From a virus, in the IMG/VR virus record IMGVR_UViG_3300012359_000002, positions 1-64,000 of that record: a DNA stretch of 64,000 nucleotides; one strand, given 5' to 3'. The notes under the pieces were generated by a model, which did not search any database, was not told where the DNA came from, and saw nothing but the letters and a program-made list of their open reading frames with translations. Shown in pieces: positions 27,256-37,187 of the stretch. Positions within the stretch are counted from its first letter, which is position 1, and each line of letters begins with the position of its first letter. A program made the translations under genes and the position numbers.

Positions 27256-28064
27256 GACTTCTTCACCGCCTCGATCTTCGTGATGATCTCACCGATGCCG
27301 TCGGGGCTCGGCGAGACGACGAAGTCGTTGAAGTACACCGGCAGCTCCGCCACCATGATCTCCAGCAGTCTGACAGCGACCGCACGGATCTCGGCGTCGG
27401 CGGCGCCGTTGCCGCGCATCACGATCGCGTGGCGGATCGCCTCGACGTTGCCGGTCCAGATCATCTCTGTCTCCAGCGCGTTGCCGAGCGCACCGCGTGC
27501 GGCGCCGCGGGCCTGCTTGCGGGCGGTGAGCTTGTCGACGCCTCGCCCTTCGAGGAGCCGTTCACCGCGATCGACGGCGCGACGGTAGAAACGCTGTGCG
27601 ATCTGAATGACGCCGTCCCACTCATCTTCAAGCGACCCGATCTTCATGGGATCGGCGGTCGAGCCCTCGACGACATACGTCTCACGTTCGATGCTGAAGA
27701 TCTCCTTGAGGAGAGGGTGCGGGATCCACGGCGAGTCGCTCTCGTTGCAGTAGCGCGTCGAGCGCTGCGACGGCGAGCAGCCGACGTGGTGCCGCACGAA
27801 CTCGTGCGAAAAACCGCGCGAGACGCCGCTGATGAAGAAGGAGAAGTTCGCGTGGTAGGTCGGGTTCAGGTGCCCGACCTCCTGCAGGTGCTGCGCGAAG
27901 GCGCCGGAGCTGCGCGCCTTTCCCCCGAAAGAGTCATAACAAATCCGGCCAGCGGTCTCGATCAGCTTCTGGGCGTCGGGGCCGAGGAGCTGATCGGCGT
28001 GAGGGGTTCCCATTTCAGGCGGGAGGGCGATGAACTGCGGGCGTGAGACGAGTCGAACGATCAT
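27252..28064 (-). CDS. thyX: Flavin-dependent thymidylate synthase
   Basis: AGRICYDS, SRGFSHEFVRH..SQRSTRY, ADAEIR. Confidence 0.92.
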   Translation of the reverse strand: MIVRLVSRPQFIALPPEMGTPHADQLLGPDAQKLIETAGRICYDSFGGKARSSGAFAQHLQEVGHLNPTYHANFSFFISGVSRGFSHEFVRHHVGCSPSQRSTRYCNESDSPWIPHPLLKEIFSIERETYVVEGSTADPMKIGSLEDEWDGVIQIAQRFYRRAVDRGERLLEGRGVDKLTARKQARGAARGALGNALETEMIWTGNVEAIRHAIVMRGNGAADAEIRAVAVRLLEIMVAELPVYFNDFVVSPSPDGIGEIITKIEAVKKS

Positions 28065-28096
28065 GTGCTTCCCCTTGTGCGTGGTGCGTCTGGTGT

Positions 28097-28743
28097 CTAC
28101 TTCAGCTCGCCGCGAGCGACGAGATCGGATCGGATCTGCTGGAGCGCTTCCGCGTCGATGGGCCCTTCACCCTTCACGCTGCGATCACCGTTCGTGAAGA
28201 GCCAGAACGTGAAGCGCTGCCGACCAACACCGATTCCCTGCCAATAGTCGTTGTGGACGGCGACGGCCCACCCGGCAGCGCGCAGCTCGTCGAGCAGGTG
28301 CCACGCCTTGCGCTCCCTGCGCTCGATGGCGATCTCGGCATCGATCTCGGCGTCGGAGGTCGAGCCCGGCACCCCAAAGAACTTTCCATCTGCGATGTTG
28401 AAGACGTAGAGATCCTCCAGCTCCTTCACCGCCTGCGTCCAGGCTTGCGCGCCGTTCTGAATGCAGTGCTCGCGCTCTCGCGCGAGGATCATCTGCCAGC
28501 GCGTGATGCATGTTTGAACGGCGACGTAAGAGTTCCTTCTGCGACAAGGGGTTGCGCGGCAACGCGCAGTTGGGGCGGGAGTGGCGGCTTCAGCACCGGA
28601 TTCCCGTCGAAGTAGTCGTGCAGTGCCTGGAGCAGCCACTCGCGGTGCTCGTCGTCGCCGTGCTTAATCTGCTTCCAGAGGTCGTCCGCGAGCGTACGCT
28701 TTGCTTCTGCGCTCAACAGTGCGAGAAAGTTTACCATGTTCAC
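28097..28743 (-). CDS. Two small hypothetical genes (28097-28492, 28489-28743)
   Basis: Overlapping ORFs in the operon. Confidence 0.5.
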
Positions 28744-29663
28744 TCCAGATCAAAAGACGTCGCGTCGTCAGACGCGGCGGCCGGTGCGAGCGGTAGCGCT
28801 TCGGGCGGCTTGTATGTCGAGCGGGGTCTTCCCTCCCCGAGGCGCACTCTCTCGTACTTGTCGAACTCGCACAAGCAGAACTGAATGTCGTGCGCGGTGA
28901 GCGGCGTCTCGTCTTTGAAAGTAGCAAGCCAACGCTCGTTGATAAATGTGCGAAGCGTTGTGATCTCAGCGAGGAAAGCCTGCTCGCTCTGCTGCTTCGC
29001 GATCGGGCGCAGCGCGAGGCGGTTCAGCCCCCGCCGGGCGCCCGGCCCGATGGGCGTCCACGTCGCCTCGTCGAGGACGTCCACGCTCGTATCGCACCAG
29101 TCGTTCCAGAGCAGCCAGTCCTGCAGCACCTCCTTCGCCATGAACCCGAAGCCGCCGAATCCGGGCAGCTCGCGCAGCTCCGCGTAGCCGGCCGCCCAGG
29201 ACGCTTCCGATCGGATCGCGTCGGTGACGTCCTTGGCGGCAAGCCAGAGCGCGCCGAGCCGCTCGGCGACGACCTTCCACTTCGGCACGCCGGCAGCGCC
29301 CGCGGCGATCGTGTACGCCCCCGTCCAGGGCCGCGCGCCGCTGGAAACGCAGAGGTCATGTGCCTGCCGGAGCCAGCTTTCGTCGTGGTCGAGCTGCCAG
29401 CCGACCGCCTCCATGAAGTCCTCGGTGCCGAACCAGCGCCAGACGCCGCAGTTGTAGAGAGCGACGTGCGGGAGGGCCTCGTGGTTTGCCTGGTACACCT
29501 TCAGGAAGGCCTGCGTCGTACGGTCGTGGATGCGCCGCACGTTCGTGAACTTGTACTTGCGGAGGATCGCGTCCTGCGTCCAGGGCCACGGCTCTCCGTG
29601 CGCGCGGGCGCGCCGGATGTTCTCCCGAGCGGCGACGTAGTGCCACAACTGGAGCGCGCTCAT
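28740..29663 (-). CDS. aGPT-Pplase1 / 5-hmdU-DNA-kinase-helical family protein (thymine hypermodification, HhH-like fold)
   Basis: RENIRRAR..PWPWTQDAILRKYKFTNVRRIHDRTT, GFGGFGFMAKEVLQD, GPGARRGLNRL, DIQFCLCEFDKYER. Confidence 0.8.
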   Translation of the reverse strand: MSALQLWHYVAARENIRRARAHGEPWPWTQDAILRKYKFTNVRRIHDRTTQAFLKVYQANHEALPHVALYNCGVWRWFGTEDFMEAVGWQLDHDESWLRQAHDLCVSSGARPWTGAYTIAAGAAGVPKWKVVAERLGALWLAAKDVTDAIRSEASWAAGYAELRELPGFGGFGFMAKEVLQDWLLWNDWCDTSVDVLDEATWTPIGPGARRGLNRLALRPIAKQQSEQAFLAEITTLRTFINERWLATFKDETPLTAHDIQFCLCEFDKYERVRLGEGRPRSTYKPPEALPLAPAAASDDATSFDLE

Positions 29664-31399
29664 TCGATCAGCTCCCCGAGGAGGCGCAGCGACCGGACCT
29701 CGCGGTCGGTCTTGCCCGTCGCCTCGCTCTGCACTTCCGCACGCACGGCGGCGTCCGCGGCGGAGTCGGCCTTGATGTAGAACACGCGCAGGCGCACCGG
29801 CACCTTGTCCAGCTCGGCGACGCCACTCCCCATCTCCACTCGATAGACATTACTCATAGTCACTCCAGATCGATCGCGGACCCGTCGCCCGGCACGAGGA
29901 ACGGCAAACCCTTCTCGACGGCGAGCCACTTCGGCACGATCAGGTCGCCGGAGTCGCCGAGGTGCTTCACGCCGCTGTGCTCGCAGATCTGCGACTTCGG
30001 CAGCCAGACCTTCTCGAAGTCGCGGGTGACGACGAGGAGCCCATCCTCGGTCTCGTACGCGGTCGCGTAGACCTTCACGAGCACCGGGTTGAAGTGGGTG
30101 GGATCGCGCGGCATGGTCAGCCCAAGCTCACGTACCAGCCGGCCTTCCAGTTGTTCTCGTTCGCGGCGACGACGGCTGTCACCTTGCGAAGCGTCTGCGA
30201 CAGCACCTTCCCGGTCTCAACCTCGACCTCCTTTTCGACGTAGAGCACGGAGCGGCGCTTCGCGAGCGCACGCCTCACGATCGGCGCGGTGCCCCTGCCA
30301 ACAATTTGCGACGGGCCGACGACGTAGTAGTGGAACCGCGGCTCCCCCCCGAACGGGGACACACCGCCGGTGACGTAGTCGATCCACGCGTTCCAGTTGA
30401 ACGGCAGCCCGTCGCGCCCCTTCGCCCACTCCGTCGCCGCCTCGCGCCCCGTCGTCACCTGCAAGCGGAAGGGCACGCCGCTCGCGAGCACGCGCCCCTC
30501 GAAGCACCTGCGCACGTCGGCGACGAGATCGTCGAGGGCCTCCTGCGCGAGTGACTTTGGGTGAGCAACGAATAGACGACGGAGTGGGCTCTGCGGCTCG
30601 TCGAGGTTGTCGCTGCCGGGCATGGGTCAGGCCTCGATCTTCTTCACTTCGTGCGCGACGCCAATGAGCGCGATCGCACGGCACTTCGAACAGGAGAGTC
30701 GGCCGACCGTGCCTGTGATCTCCCACTCGCCGTAGCCACAGAACGGGCAGCTCTGCTCGACCTCGCGCTCCTTCCAGTAGATCGGCAGGAGCTTCTCGAT
30801 CCGCGCTTCGAGCGTGCGAAGGACCAAGCGCATGTCGCGATAGGCGGCTGTCGCCATCCACTCGACCGGGTCCAGCTCCTTCGGGTGCGAGGCGAGCGCG
30901 AGGTCAGAGGCCTCGTTGCGCAGCAACTCGATCTGCGAGAGCAGCAGGCGCGCGGCGGGGCTCACTTCTCCACCCCCGTTGCCATGACGTGCAGGTGCAG
31001 CGCGTACGCGACGATCGCCTCGGAGGCCCAGACGCGCTGATAGGCTCCCGTGGTCGACGAGCGCGCCAGCTTCGACTTGATTGCCTCGTCGGGGTAGCCC
31101 GTCGGGTCGAACTTGTGCTTCTCGATGCACTCGTCGCGCGTGAGCCAGACTGTCACGCCGTCCTTGTCCCAGCAGCCGACGTACGCCTTGCGCATCCGCT
31201 CCAGGAAGGCGGCGTACGCGTCGGCGATCGGCGTGGGCTCGCGCAGCTCTGCCGAGCGCAGCCACGCGTCGTAGTGCGTGCCGCAGAGGAAGGCCTTCAC
31301 GGTGACGCTCTTCGCACCGTCGCTCTGCTTGCGGCAGACGTCACACGTTGCGAGCGGTAGGGGGTTCAATTCAGTTTCGGATCCGTTTGCCATTGTCAC
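29660..31399 (-). CDS. Five small hypothetical genes (29660-29857, 29860-30114, 30117-30623, 30627-30965, 30962-31399)
   Basis: Tightly packed ORFs between the aGPT-Pplase and polymerase genes. Confidence 0.55.
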
Positions 31400-34095
31400 A
31401 CCTCGCTCCAGCGATTACCGATTTTCGCCTCTGCCTTGAACTGAACGTCGAGATCAGCGTACGTGCGTGTCATCACGCGAATGAGCGTTGCGGCGACCTT
31501 CTTCGCCTCGCTCTCTGGGCACTCGACGACGAGCGCGTCGTGCCCCTGGTGGATCAGACCGGTGCCGGGCCCCCACTTCTCGAACGGGATCTCGTCGAGA
31601 AGCTCGAACGTCGCGTCGTGGATGATTGCGGCGCAGGCCGACTGGATTGGGAAGTTGCGAATCTCGTTGTCGGAGGACTCGTCGTCTGAGTCGGGCTCGC
31701 CGTTCAGGAACTCGCGGCGACGGCCCCAGATCCGCTCGGCGAGCCAGCCCTGCCGGCGCCACGTCGCGATCTCGTTTGCCCACCCGATCTCATATTCAGG
31801 ATCGGCGTCAAGAAGCGCACGGCGTCGATTCGCGCAGTCGGTGACAGAGACGTCGGCGTAGATCAGATTGCCACCGTCGTCCTCGACCGAGGAGATCACG
31901 CGGTGAATCGTTTTGTCCTGCGCACCATAAGCGCACGCGTAGCGGAAGCGCTTTGCGAAATCACGCATCTTTCCGTAGGCGGGATGGCTCTTCGCCTTCA
32001 CCGGCTTGTCGTCCTTGAGCGGCTGCGCAGCAGCCCACTCGACAGCTCGCGCGAGTGTCTCCGCGGCGGCCCGGCCGAAGATCGCCATGCCTGTTTCATG
32101 GTGCGGATCGCGGCCCTCCTTGAACACGGCGAGCATCTTCGGGAGCTTCCAGTGCGCTGCCTGGTAGCGCAGTTCGAGCTGGTCGGAGTCGGCGCCGACG
32201 AGCTTGTGGCCGGGCCCGGCGACGATCATGTCGCGCAGCGTGCGATCCCAGTTCTGCATGGCGGGATCGCTGCTGGAGAGCCGGCCCGACGTCGCGACGT
32301 GCGAGTTCCACGAAGAGTGCACACGCCCGTCGTCGAGCAGGATCCCCTGCTTCTTCAGATCCTTCCGCTCGCGATAGACGCGCTCCTCGAAGGTTTCCTC
32401 GACGTCCTCGGCAAACTCGTCGAGGATGACGGGCTCGTTGTGACGGCGGAACTTCAGCACGTTCGTCCCGCGGTACTTCACGGCGCGGCGCACCTTGCGC
32501 GTGCACTCGATCACCGTCTTTTGCGTTGGCGTGAGGTTGAAGTTGACGCGGTACTCGCGGAGGGCGTCGTCGTCGGTGGAGGGCGCGCCGGTCTTCTCGG
32601 AGAGCTTCACCGGTGGCAGATCCCACTTCTCGTAGAGAAGCTCGGCAACCTGCATCGACGAGCCGGGGTTGAAGTTCGGGTCGTCGATCAGCTTGCGGAT
32701 CGTCGCGCGGTTCTGGAGTAGCTCCTTCAGTAGACGGCGACCGTGCGCGTCGCGCGCGACCGGATCGACGAGCATGCCGACGCGGTGCATCCCCCAGCAG
32801 GCCTGCTGGACCTTGTGGTCCTTGCGGCAGACCTCCACCTGCTGCTTCAGCTCCAGCGCCTGCGAGAGCGGCTCGACGACGCGCGCGGTGACGGCGACGT
32901 CCTTCCAGTTGCGCTCCCACAGCGTCTCGTCGCTGACGTTGAGCACGTCCTCTGAGTCCTGCTTCCACGCGACGATGTCTGTCAGCGTCGAGCCGACGAA
33001 GCCCAGGTTGTGCGGCATCTCCGACTCGACGGCGTGATGCGCGAGGATCCCGTCGAAGCACCGGCGCGGCGTCACGCCGAGCTGTTGCTCGGAGACGGTG
33101 CGGTCGTAGAGTCCGCTGTTCCAGCCGCACTTCAGGATCGACTTGTCGGCGAGGAACTTCGCGAGGCGCACGCGGATCCACGCCTCGTCCGCTTCGGTGT
33201 AGAACCGCGTGAACCCGTCGGTGGAGAGCAATGGCACTACCATGACCAGCTCGGTGGTACCGACGCCGACGCAGCGGATCTTCGCGATTAGCGCCTCCTT
33301 CGCGTTCGTCTCGACGTCCCACGCGAAGAACCGCTCGCGTCGCGAGAGGAACGCGTCCAGCTCCGCGTACGTCGGCCGAATCAGAACCTGCGGGTCCTTC
33401 CATCCGCGACGCCCGGTGAACCAACGGATCGCGCGGCCGATGTCACCGCGGAAGACGGAGGTCCACTTCCGCTGGCGCAGGATGAGCGCGGGGTGGAAGG
33501 TCGGGAGGATCTTCACCTGCTTCGAGCCGAGCGGGCGCGCGAGTTCGCCGTGCTCGATCGGGACGAAGCCGCCGTCGTGCACCCACCCCTCGATGCACGA
33601 GCCGCGCATCTTCGAGATCGCGTGTTCGGTCTCGGTGACGTCGCGGTAGGCGGTGTCGCCGAGCGGGATCACGTTCTCGAAGCGCTGCAACTCGCGGAGG
33701 AGGCGCGGTCGGCAGCAGTCGACCGGGTGCGGGAGCACTTCGTAGGGTCGCTCGCCCTCGGCGAGCTTCTGGTTCAGCTTCTTCCGGCGCTTGTTCTCGC
33801 GCCCGAGGGCGTACTCCATCTTCGCCAGCTCGTTGCCGGGCGGGCGGCAGAGGAGCGTGTTCGTGAGGGCGACGTCGCTGCGGCGCAGCCCGTAGCCGCC
33901 AAGCGCAACCATTAGCTCCTGGCCGCTCCGCCCGACGAAGGGTCGCCCGACCTCGACCTCGTCCTTGCCGGGCGCCTCGCCGACGACGATCGTCTTCACG
34001 TCGCGGTTTTCGATTGGGACCGGGCCGCCCTCGCGACGACTCGCGAGCCAACAAGTGTCGCAGCGCGCACCGTGGGCCCTCGGGTCGTACGCCAT
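31396..34095 (-). CDS. polA: Family A DNA polymerase with N-terminal family-4 uracil-DNA-glycosylase-like domain and 3'-5' exonuclease
   Basis: GEAPG..RPFVGRSG..CRPPGN..HPA (UDG); WDVET (exo); SGRLSSSDP, ADSDQLELR, KRFRYACAYG, NFPIQS, HDALV. Confidence 0.93.
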   Translation of the reverse strand: MAYDPRAHGARCDTCWLASRREGGPVPIENRDVKTIVVGEAPGKDEVEVGRPFVGRSGQELMVALGGYGLRRSDVALTNTLLCRPPGNELAKMEYALGRENKRRKKLNQKLAEGERPYEVLPHPVDCCRPRLLRELQRFENVIPLGDTAYRDVTETEHAISKMRGSCIEGWVHDGGFVPIEHGELARPLGSKQVKILPTFHPALILRQRKWTSVFRGDIGRAIRWFTGRRGWKDPQVLIRPTYAELDAFLSRRERFFAWDVETNAKEALIAKIRCVGVGTTELVMVVPLLSTDGFTRFYTEADEAWIRVRLAKFLADKSILKCGWNSGLYDRTVSEQQLGVTPRRCFDGILAHHAVESEMPHNLGFVGSTLTDIVAWKQDSEDVLNVSDETLWERNWKDVAVTARVVEPLSQALELKQQVEVCRKDHKVQQACWGMHRVGMLVDPVARDAHGRRLLKELLQNRATIRKLIDDPNFNPGSSMQVAELLYEKWDLPPVKLSEKTGAPSTDDDALREYRVNFNLTPTQKTVIECTRKVRRAVKYRGTNVLKFRRHNEPVILDEFAEDVEETFEERVYRERKDLKKQGILLDDGRVHSSWNSHVATSGRLSSSDPAMQNWDRTLRDMIVAGPGHKLVGADSDQLELRYQAAHWKLPKMLAVFKEGRDPHHETGMAIFGRAAAETLARAVEWAAAQPLKDDKPVKAKSHPAYGKMRDFAKRFRYACAYGAQDKTIHRVISSVEDDGGNLIYADVSVTDCANRRRALLDADPEYEIGWANEIATWRRQGWLAERIWGRRREFLNGEPDSDDESSDNEIRNFPIQSACAAIIHDATFELLDEIPFEKWGPGTGLIHQGHDALVVECPESEAKKVAATLIRVMTRTYADLDVQFKAEAKIGNRWSEV

Positions 34096-34593
34096 CTAAT
34101 GACACTCCTTACAGTACCCACGCAACCCACTACGACTTTTTCTCTTGTAGAAGTCGTCTACACTTTTCAATTGTCCGCATCTAACGCACCACCGTTCGTT
34201 TTTTGATTCAGGTGGCGTAAAAAAACGAACGGACTCTTCGACTTTACCGAGCCACACTGCAAAACGGAGAAGCGACGGCACACAATGCAACAACATGTGC
34301 GTTCGTCGTTCACGACAAACTACGAGATTTTCCGGTTGATTATCTGTTTTCACTTCGTTTACATGATGAACTTCCCAACCTTCCGGCATTGTGCGCCCTA
34401 ATGCTTTTTCAGCAACTACAACATGAACTCGTCCTGGACTTTTGCTTCCACCGCCAACATAGTGCTTCGCGTTGCTGTTTAACCGTTCCCAACTGAAGCG
34501 ACAAAGTCTGGAACAAAAGTGACGGCAACCGCGTGGTTTCACATCGCCGCAGTTTCGGCACCGAGCCCCATGCTCTTGCGGGTCGTAGTTCAC
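34096..34593 (-). CDS. HNH homing endonuclease
   Basis: VHVVVAEKALGR..EVHHVNEVKTDNQPENLVV..H; markedly AT-rich. Confidence 0.88.
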   Translation of the reverse strand: MNYDPQEHGARCRNCGDVKPRGCRHFCSRLCRFSWERLNSNAKHYVGGGSKSPGRVHVVVAEKALGRTMPEGWEVHHVNEVKTDNQPENLVVCRERRTHMLLHCVPSLLRFAVWLGKVEESVRFFTPPESKNERWCVRCGQLKSVDDFYKRKSRSGLRGYCKECH

Positions 34594-34798
34594 CGACCGG
34601 TACCTTCTCCCGCGCGGTGCGACTCGTACGCGCGACGGTGAGCACGATCGACCTTGTCACGGTCGCACAGCATGCTGATGTCACTCGCGAGGTGCCAGAC
34701 GCCCGCCGCGATCAATAGCATCACGGCGAGATCCGCGCGGCCGGCGAAGATTGCCGCGAACATTGCCGCACATGTAGAGAAGAAGAAGAATGGTGCCA

Positions 34799-35038
34799 TC
34801 ACGTCACCACGGTCCACGAGTGAACACTCTTGAAGGCAAAGGTGCGCTGCAGGTTGCGCTCGACGTCCCACGCGTCGAACACCCACTGCGCGGGGGTGTG
34901 GTGCGGCGTCTCGACGAAGCGCAGCGTCTGCTGGCACGGGATGATCCGGCGCGTGCGACGCTCACCGCGGTGGTTCGTGTAGTCGATCTCGACGACGCGT
35001 GCTTCGACCTTCGCTTCGAATGGCGCCACCATTGTCAC
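34799..35038 (-). CDS. Stand-alone WYL-like domain protein
   Basis: IDYTNHRGERRTRRIIP..WVFDAWDVERNLQRTF. Confidence 0.7.
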   Translation of the reverse strand: MTMVAPFEAKVEARVVEIDYTNHRGERRTRRIIPCQQTLRFVETPHHTPAQWVFDAWDVERNLQRTFAFKSVHSWTVVT

Positions 35039-35904
35039 TCCAGATCGAACGACGGGCCGGTGGCGGTAAAGCTCTTCTTCTTCGCCTCTTCCAGCGCGAG
35101 CGCCACCTTCTGCTCCTTCGTCACGCGGGGCTTGCGTGGCTTCTTCTTCACCTCCTGACGCCAGACGAGGTGCGGGTAGCGGCGCGGGGGCGCTGGCACC
35201 TCACCGACGGCCGGCACGACCCAGCAGAAGAGCGCGTAGGACTGCGAATCGGTGCCCTTCTTCCCCTTGCCGTTCTTCTTGAAGCCAGGGCGGGGCACGA
35301 TCGGCGAGAAGGAGTCCTCGGGGTGCTGCTCCCAGAAGAGCAGGCGATCGAAGCTCTCGTAGAAGCCGACGCGCAGCAGGAAGGCCAGGATCGCGCCGGG
35401 CTTCATGAGCGCGAGCATCGCGCGGAGATGCGCCTCCGCCTTCGTGAACGGCGGATTGCCGAGGACGAGGTCGGCGCTCTTCATTGCAAGCTGACCTGCC
35501 TGCGACGTGAGGAAGTCCTCCAGCGTCTCGATCGTGACGATGTTTGCGCCGGCAGCGAGGAGCGCGTTCTCGCACTCGGGGCGCATTTCCACGGCGCAGA
35601 CGATCGCGCCAGGCCACGTCGCCTTGGCGGCGGTAACGAAGGACCCGTCACCGGCCGACGGCTCCAGAATCCACTCGATCTGGCGCCGGTTCGTCCCGAC
35701 GTGCGGGAACAGCGAAGTGACGCGCCGGCAAATCGCGAGCGCCAGCTCGGGTGGCGTCGGGCAGATTTCGAACTCGTCGATCTCCGCCAGCGTCGGATCG
35801 CGCGGCGGGGTGGGCGTAGGGCTCTGGGGCGGCGGGCCAGCAGACAGGCCCGGCTCGATCTCGACTGAGTCGACGGCTTCGAGCACGATCTCGGTGGTGC
35901 TCAC
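35035..35904 (-). CDS. Amino-type (N6A/N4C) DNA methyltransferase-like protein
   Basis: ILEPSAGDG, VLGNPPF, FLLRVGF. Confidence 0.8.
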   Translation of the reverse strand: MSTTEIVLEAVDSVEIEPGLSAGPPPQSPTPTPPRDPTLAEIDEFEICPTPPELALAICRRVTSLFPHVGTNRRQIEWILEPSAGDGSFVTAAKATWPGAIVCAVEMRPECENALLAAGANIVTIETLEDFLTSQAGQLAMKSADLVLGNPPFTKAEAHLRAMLALMKPGAILAFLLRVGFYESFDRLLFWEQHPEDSFSPIVPRPGFKKNGKGKKGTDSQSYALFCWVVPAVGEVPAPPRRYPHLVWRQEVKKKPRKPRVTKEQKVALALEEAKKKSFTATGPSFDLE

Positions 35905-36152
35905 TTGCCGTTCCTCTTGCCGTGCATCGCGCGGGCCTGCGCGTTCTCGAACTTCGCCTTGCGCTCCTCGGCGGCAGCGAGGTTGCTCCGGTTGCAGGGT
36001 GGGCAGCACGAGCTGACGCTGCCGTCGAAGCGCTCGGTGACTGCACCGTTCGACCAGTGGAGATCGCCGGACATCCCTTCCTTCCCCTTCTCGTAGACGG
36101 CGGTAGCGTTGCAGTAAACGCAGTCGCCTCGCGGCTTCGGGTACACAGGCAC
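35901..36152 (-). CDS. Small Cys-rich hypothetical protein
   Basis: CVYC..CCPPC; AGGAGG RBS. Confidence 0.5.
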   Translation of the reverse strand: MPVYPKPRGDCVYCNATAVYEKGKEGMSGDLHWSNGAVTERFDGSVSSCCPPCNRSNLAAAEERKAKFENAQARAMHGKRNGK

Positions 36153-36246
36153 GACGACCTCCTTTTAAAAGCGCGCGGCTCCGGCGACGTGCGGGGGTGC
36201 CGTCACCAGAGCCGCGCAGGGCACCACGTTGAACCTCGCTTCGAGG

Positions 36247-36492
36247 TTAGCGCAGCGCCTTCTCGACGGCGGCTGCGACCGCATCACCCGCGATCGTCTT
36301 GTCACCCGACGCGAGCTGCATCTTCGCGGCGAGCTTGTTCACCTTCGACGCCGTCTCCGCAGTCACGCGGATCGCGACGAAGTCGCGCTTCTCCTTCTTG
36401 GAACTGCGGTTCACGATCGGCCTCTTCTTCTTCGGCCTGGCTGCGCCGTTCGAGGTGGTGGTGTCACTGCTGGGCTGCGCTTCTCCGTCCAT
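36247..36492 (-). CDS. Small basic RHH-like DNA-binding protein
   Basis: FVAIRVTAETASKVNKLA; AAGGAG RBS. Confidence 0.55.
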   Translation of the reverse strand: MDGEAQPSSDTTTSNGAARPKKKRPIVNRSSKKEKRDFVAIRVTAETASKVNKLAAKMQLASGDKTIAGDAVAAAVEKALR

Positions 36493-36540
36493 CTTCGACT
36501 CCTTCGTTAGTGGTGGTATTTCCGCCCAGAGACGAGACGG

Positions 36541-37137
36541 CTACTCCAGCGAGACGGACTCGGCGGTGTGCGGCGTCGAGCCGGCGGCGCCCGTGCCGTT
36601 CGGCGTGGCGCCGCCCGAGACGGTCATGCTGCCCTGCGAGCCGGTCGCGGACGCACCCGCGGCGGCGCCCTTCCCCTCGACCTTGAACTTCTCGTACATT
36701 TCCTTCGAGATGAACGTGAGGTTCTGGAGGTTGTCGCGGCCCTTGGCGTCCTTGCCGGGAACGTCCTGCACGTAGATGAAGCACGGCTTCTTCTCGAAGA
36801 ACTTCGCGTTGATGTTGACGGACCCCTTCTCGACGACGGCCGGGTCCTTCGCCACCGACACGAGGAGGTTCTTCCACTTCCGGCCGACGATGCCCTCGCC
36901 GACGTTGCCGTCGATCGGCATCCAGATCCGCAGCTTCTTGCCCTTCTCCGAGGGCTCGGTGACGTCGAGCGAGAAGATGATGTTGTCGCACGAGCCGGCG
37001 GTCTTCGAGGCGTCGCGCTCGCTGCTCGCGATCACGGCGGCGTAGGGGCCCGTCGGCACGCGCTCGAACGCGTCGCCGGGCTCGAAGAGGGCCTGACCGG
37101 CCACGTTGATCGAAATTGCCCAGTCCTTCTGTGCCAT
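36541..37137 (-). CDS. Phage ssDNA-binding-like protein (DUF669-like)
   Basis: VPTGPYAAVI beta-rich core with a flexible tail; lies directly after the Sak4-like gene. Confidence 0.6.
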   Translation of the reverse strand: MAQKDWAISINVAGQALFEPGDAFERVPTGPYAAVIASSERDASKTAGSCDNIIFSLDVTEPSEKGKKLRIWMPIDGNVGEGIVGRKWKNLLVSVAKDPAVVEKGSVNINAKFFEKKPCFIYVQDVPGKDAKGRDNLQNLTFISKEMYEKFKVEGKGAAAGASATGSQGSMTVSGGATPNGTGAAGSTPHTAESVSLE

Positions 37138-37187
37138 TTGATGCCTCCTTGCTGCTGGTTATCGCCGGCAACGCCGACGAATGGTTG

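Noticed and set aside
21737-27588. Very long plus-strand ORFs (1064 aa, 788 aa) and similar antisense ORFs elsewhere
   Set aside because: They are shadows of real minus-strand genes caused by high GC3; Arg/Gly/Val-rich with no motifs.
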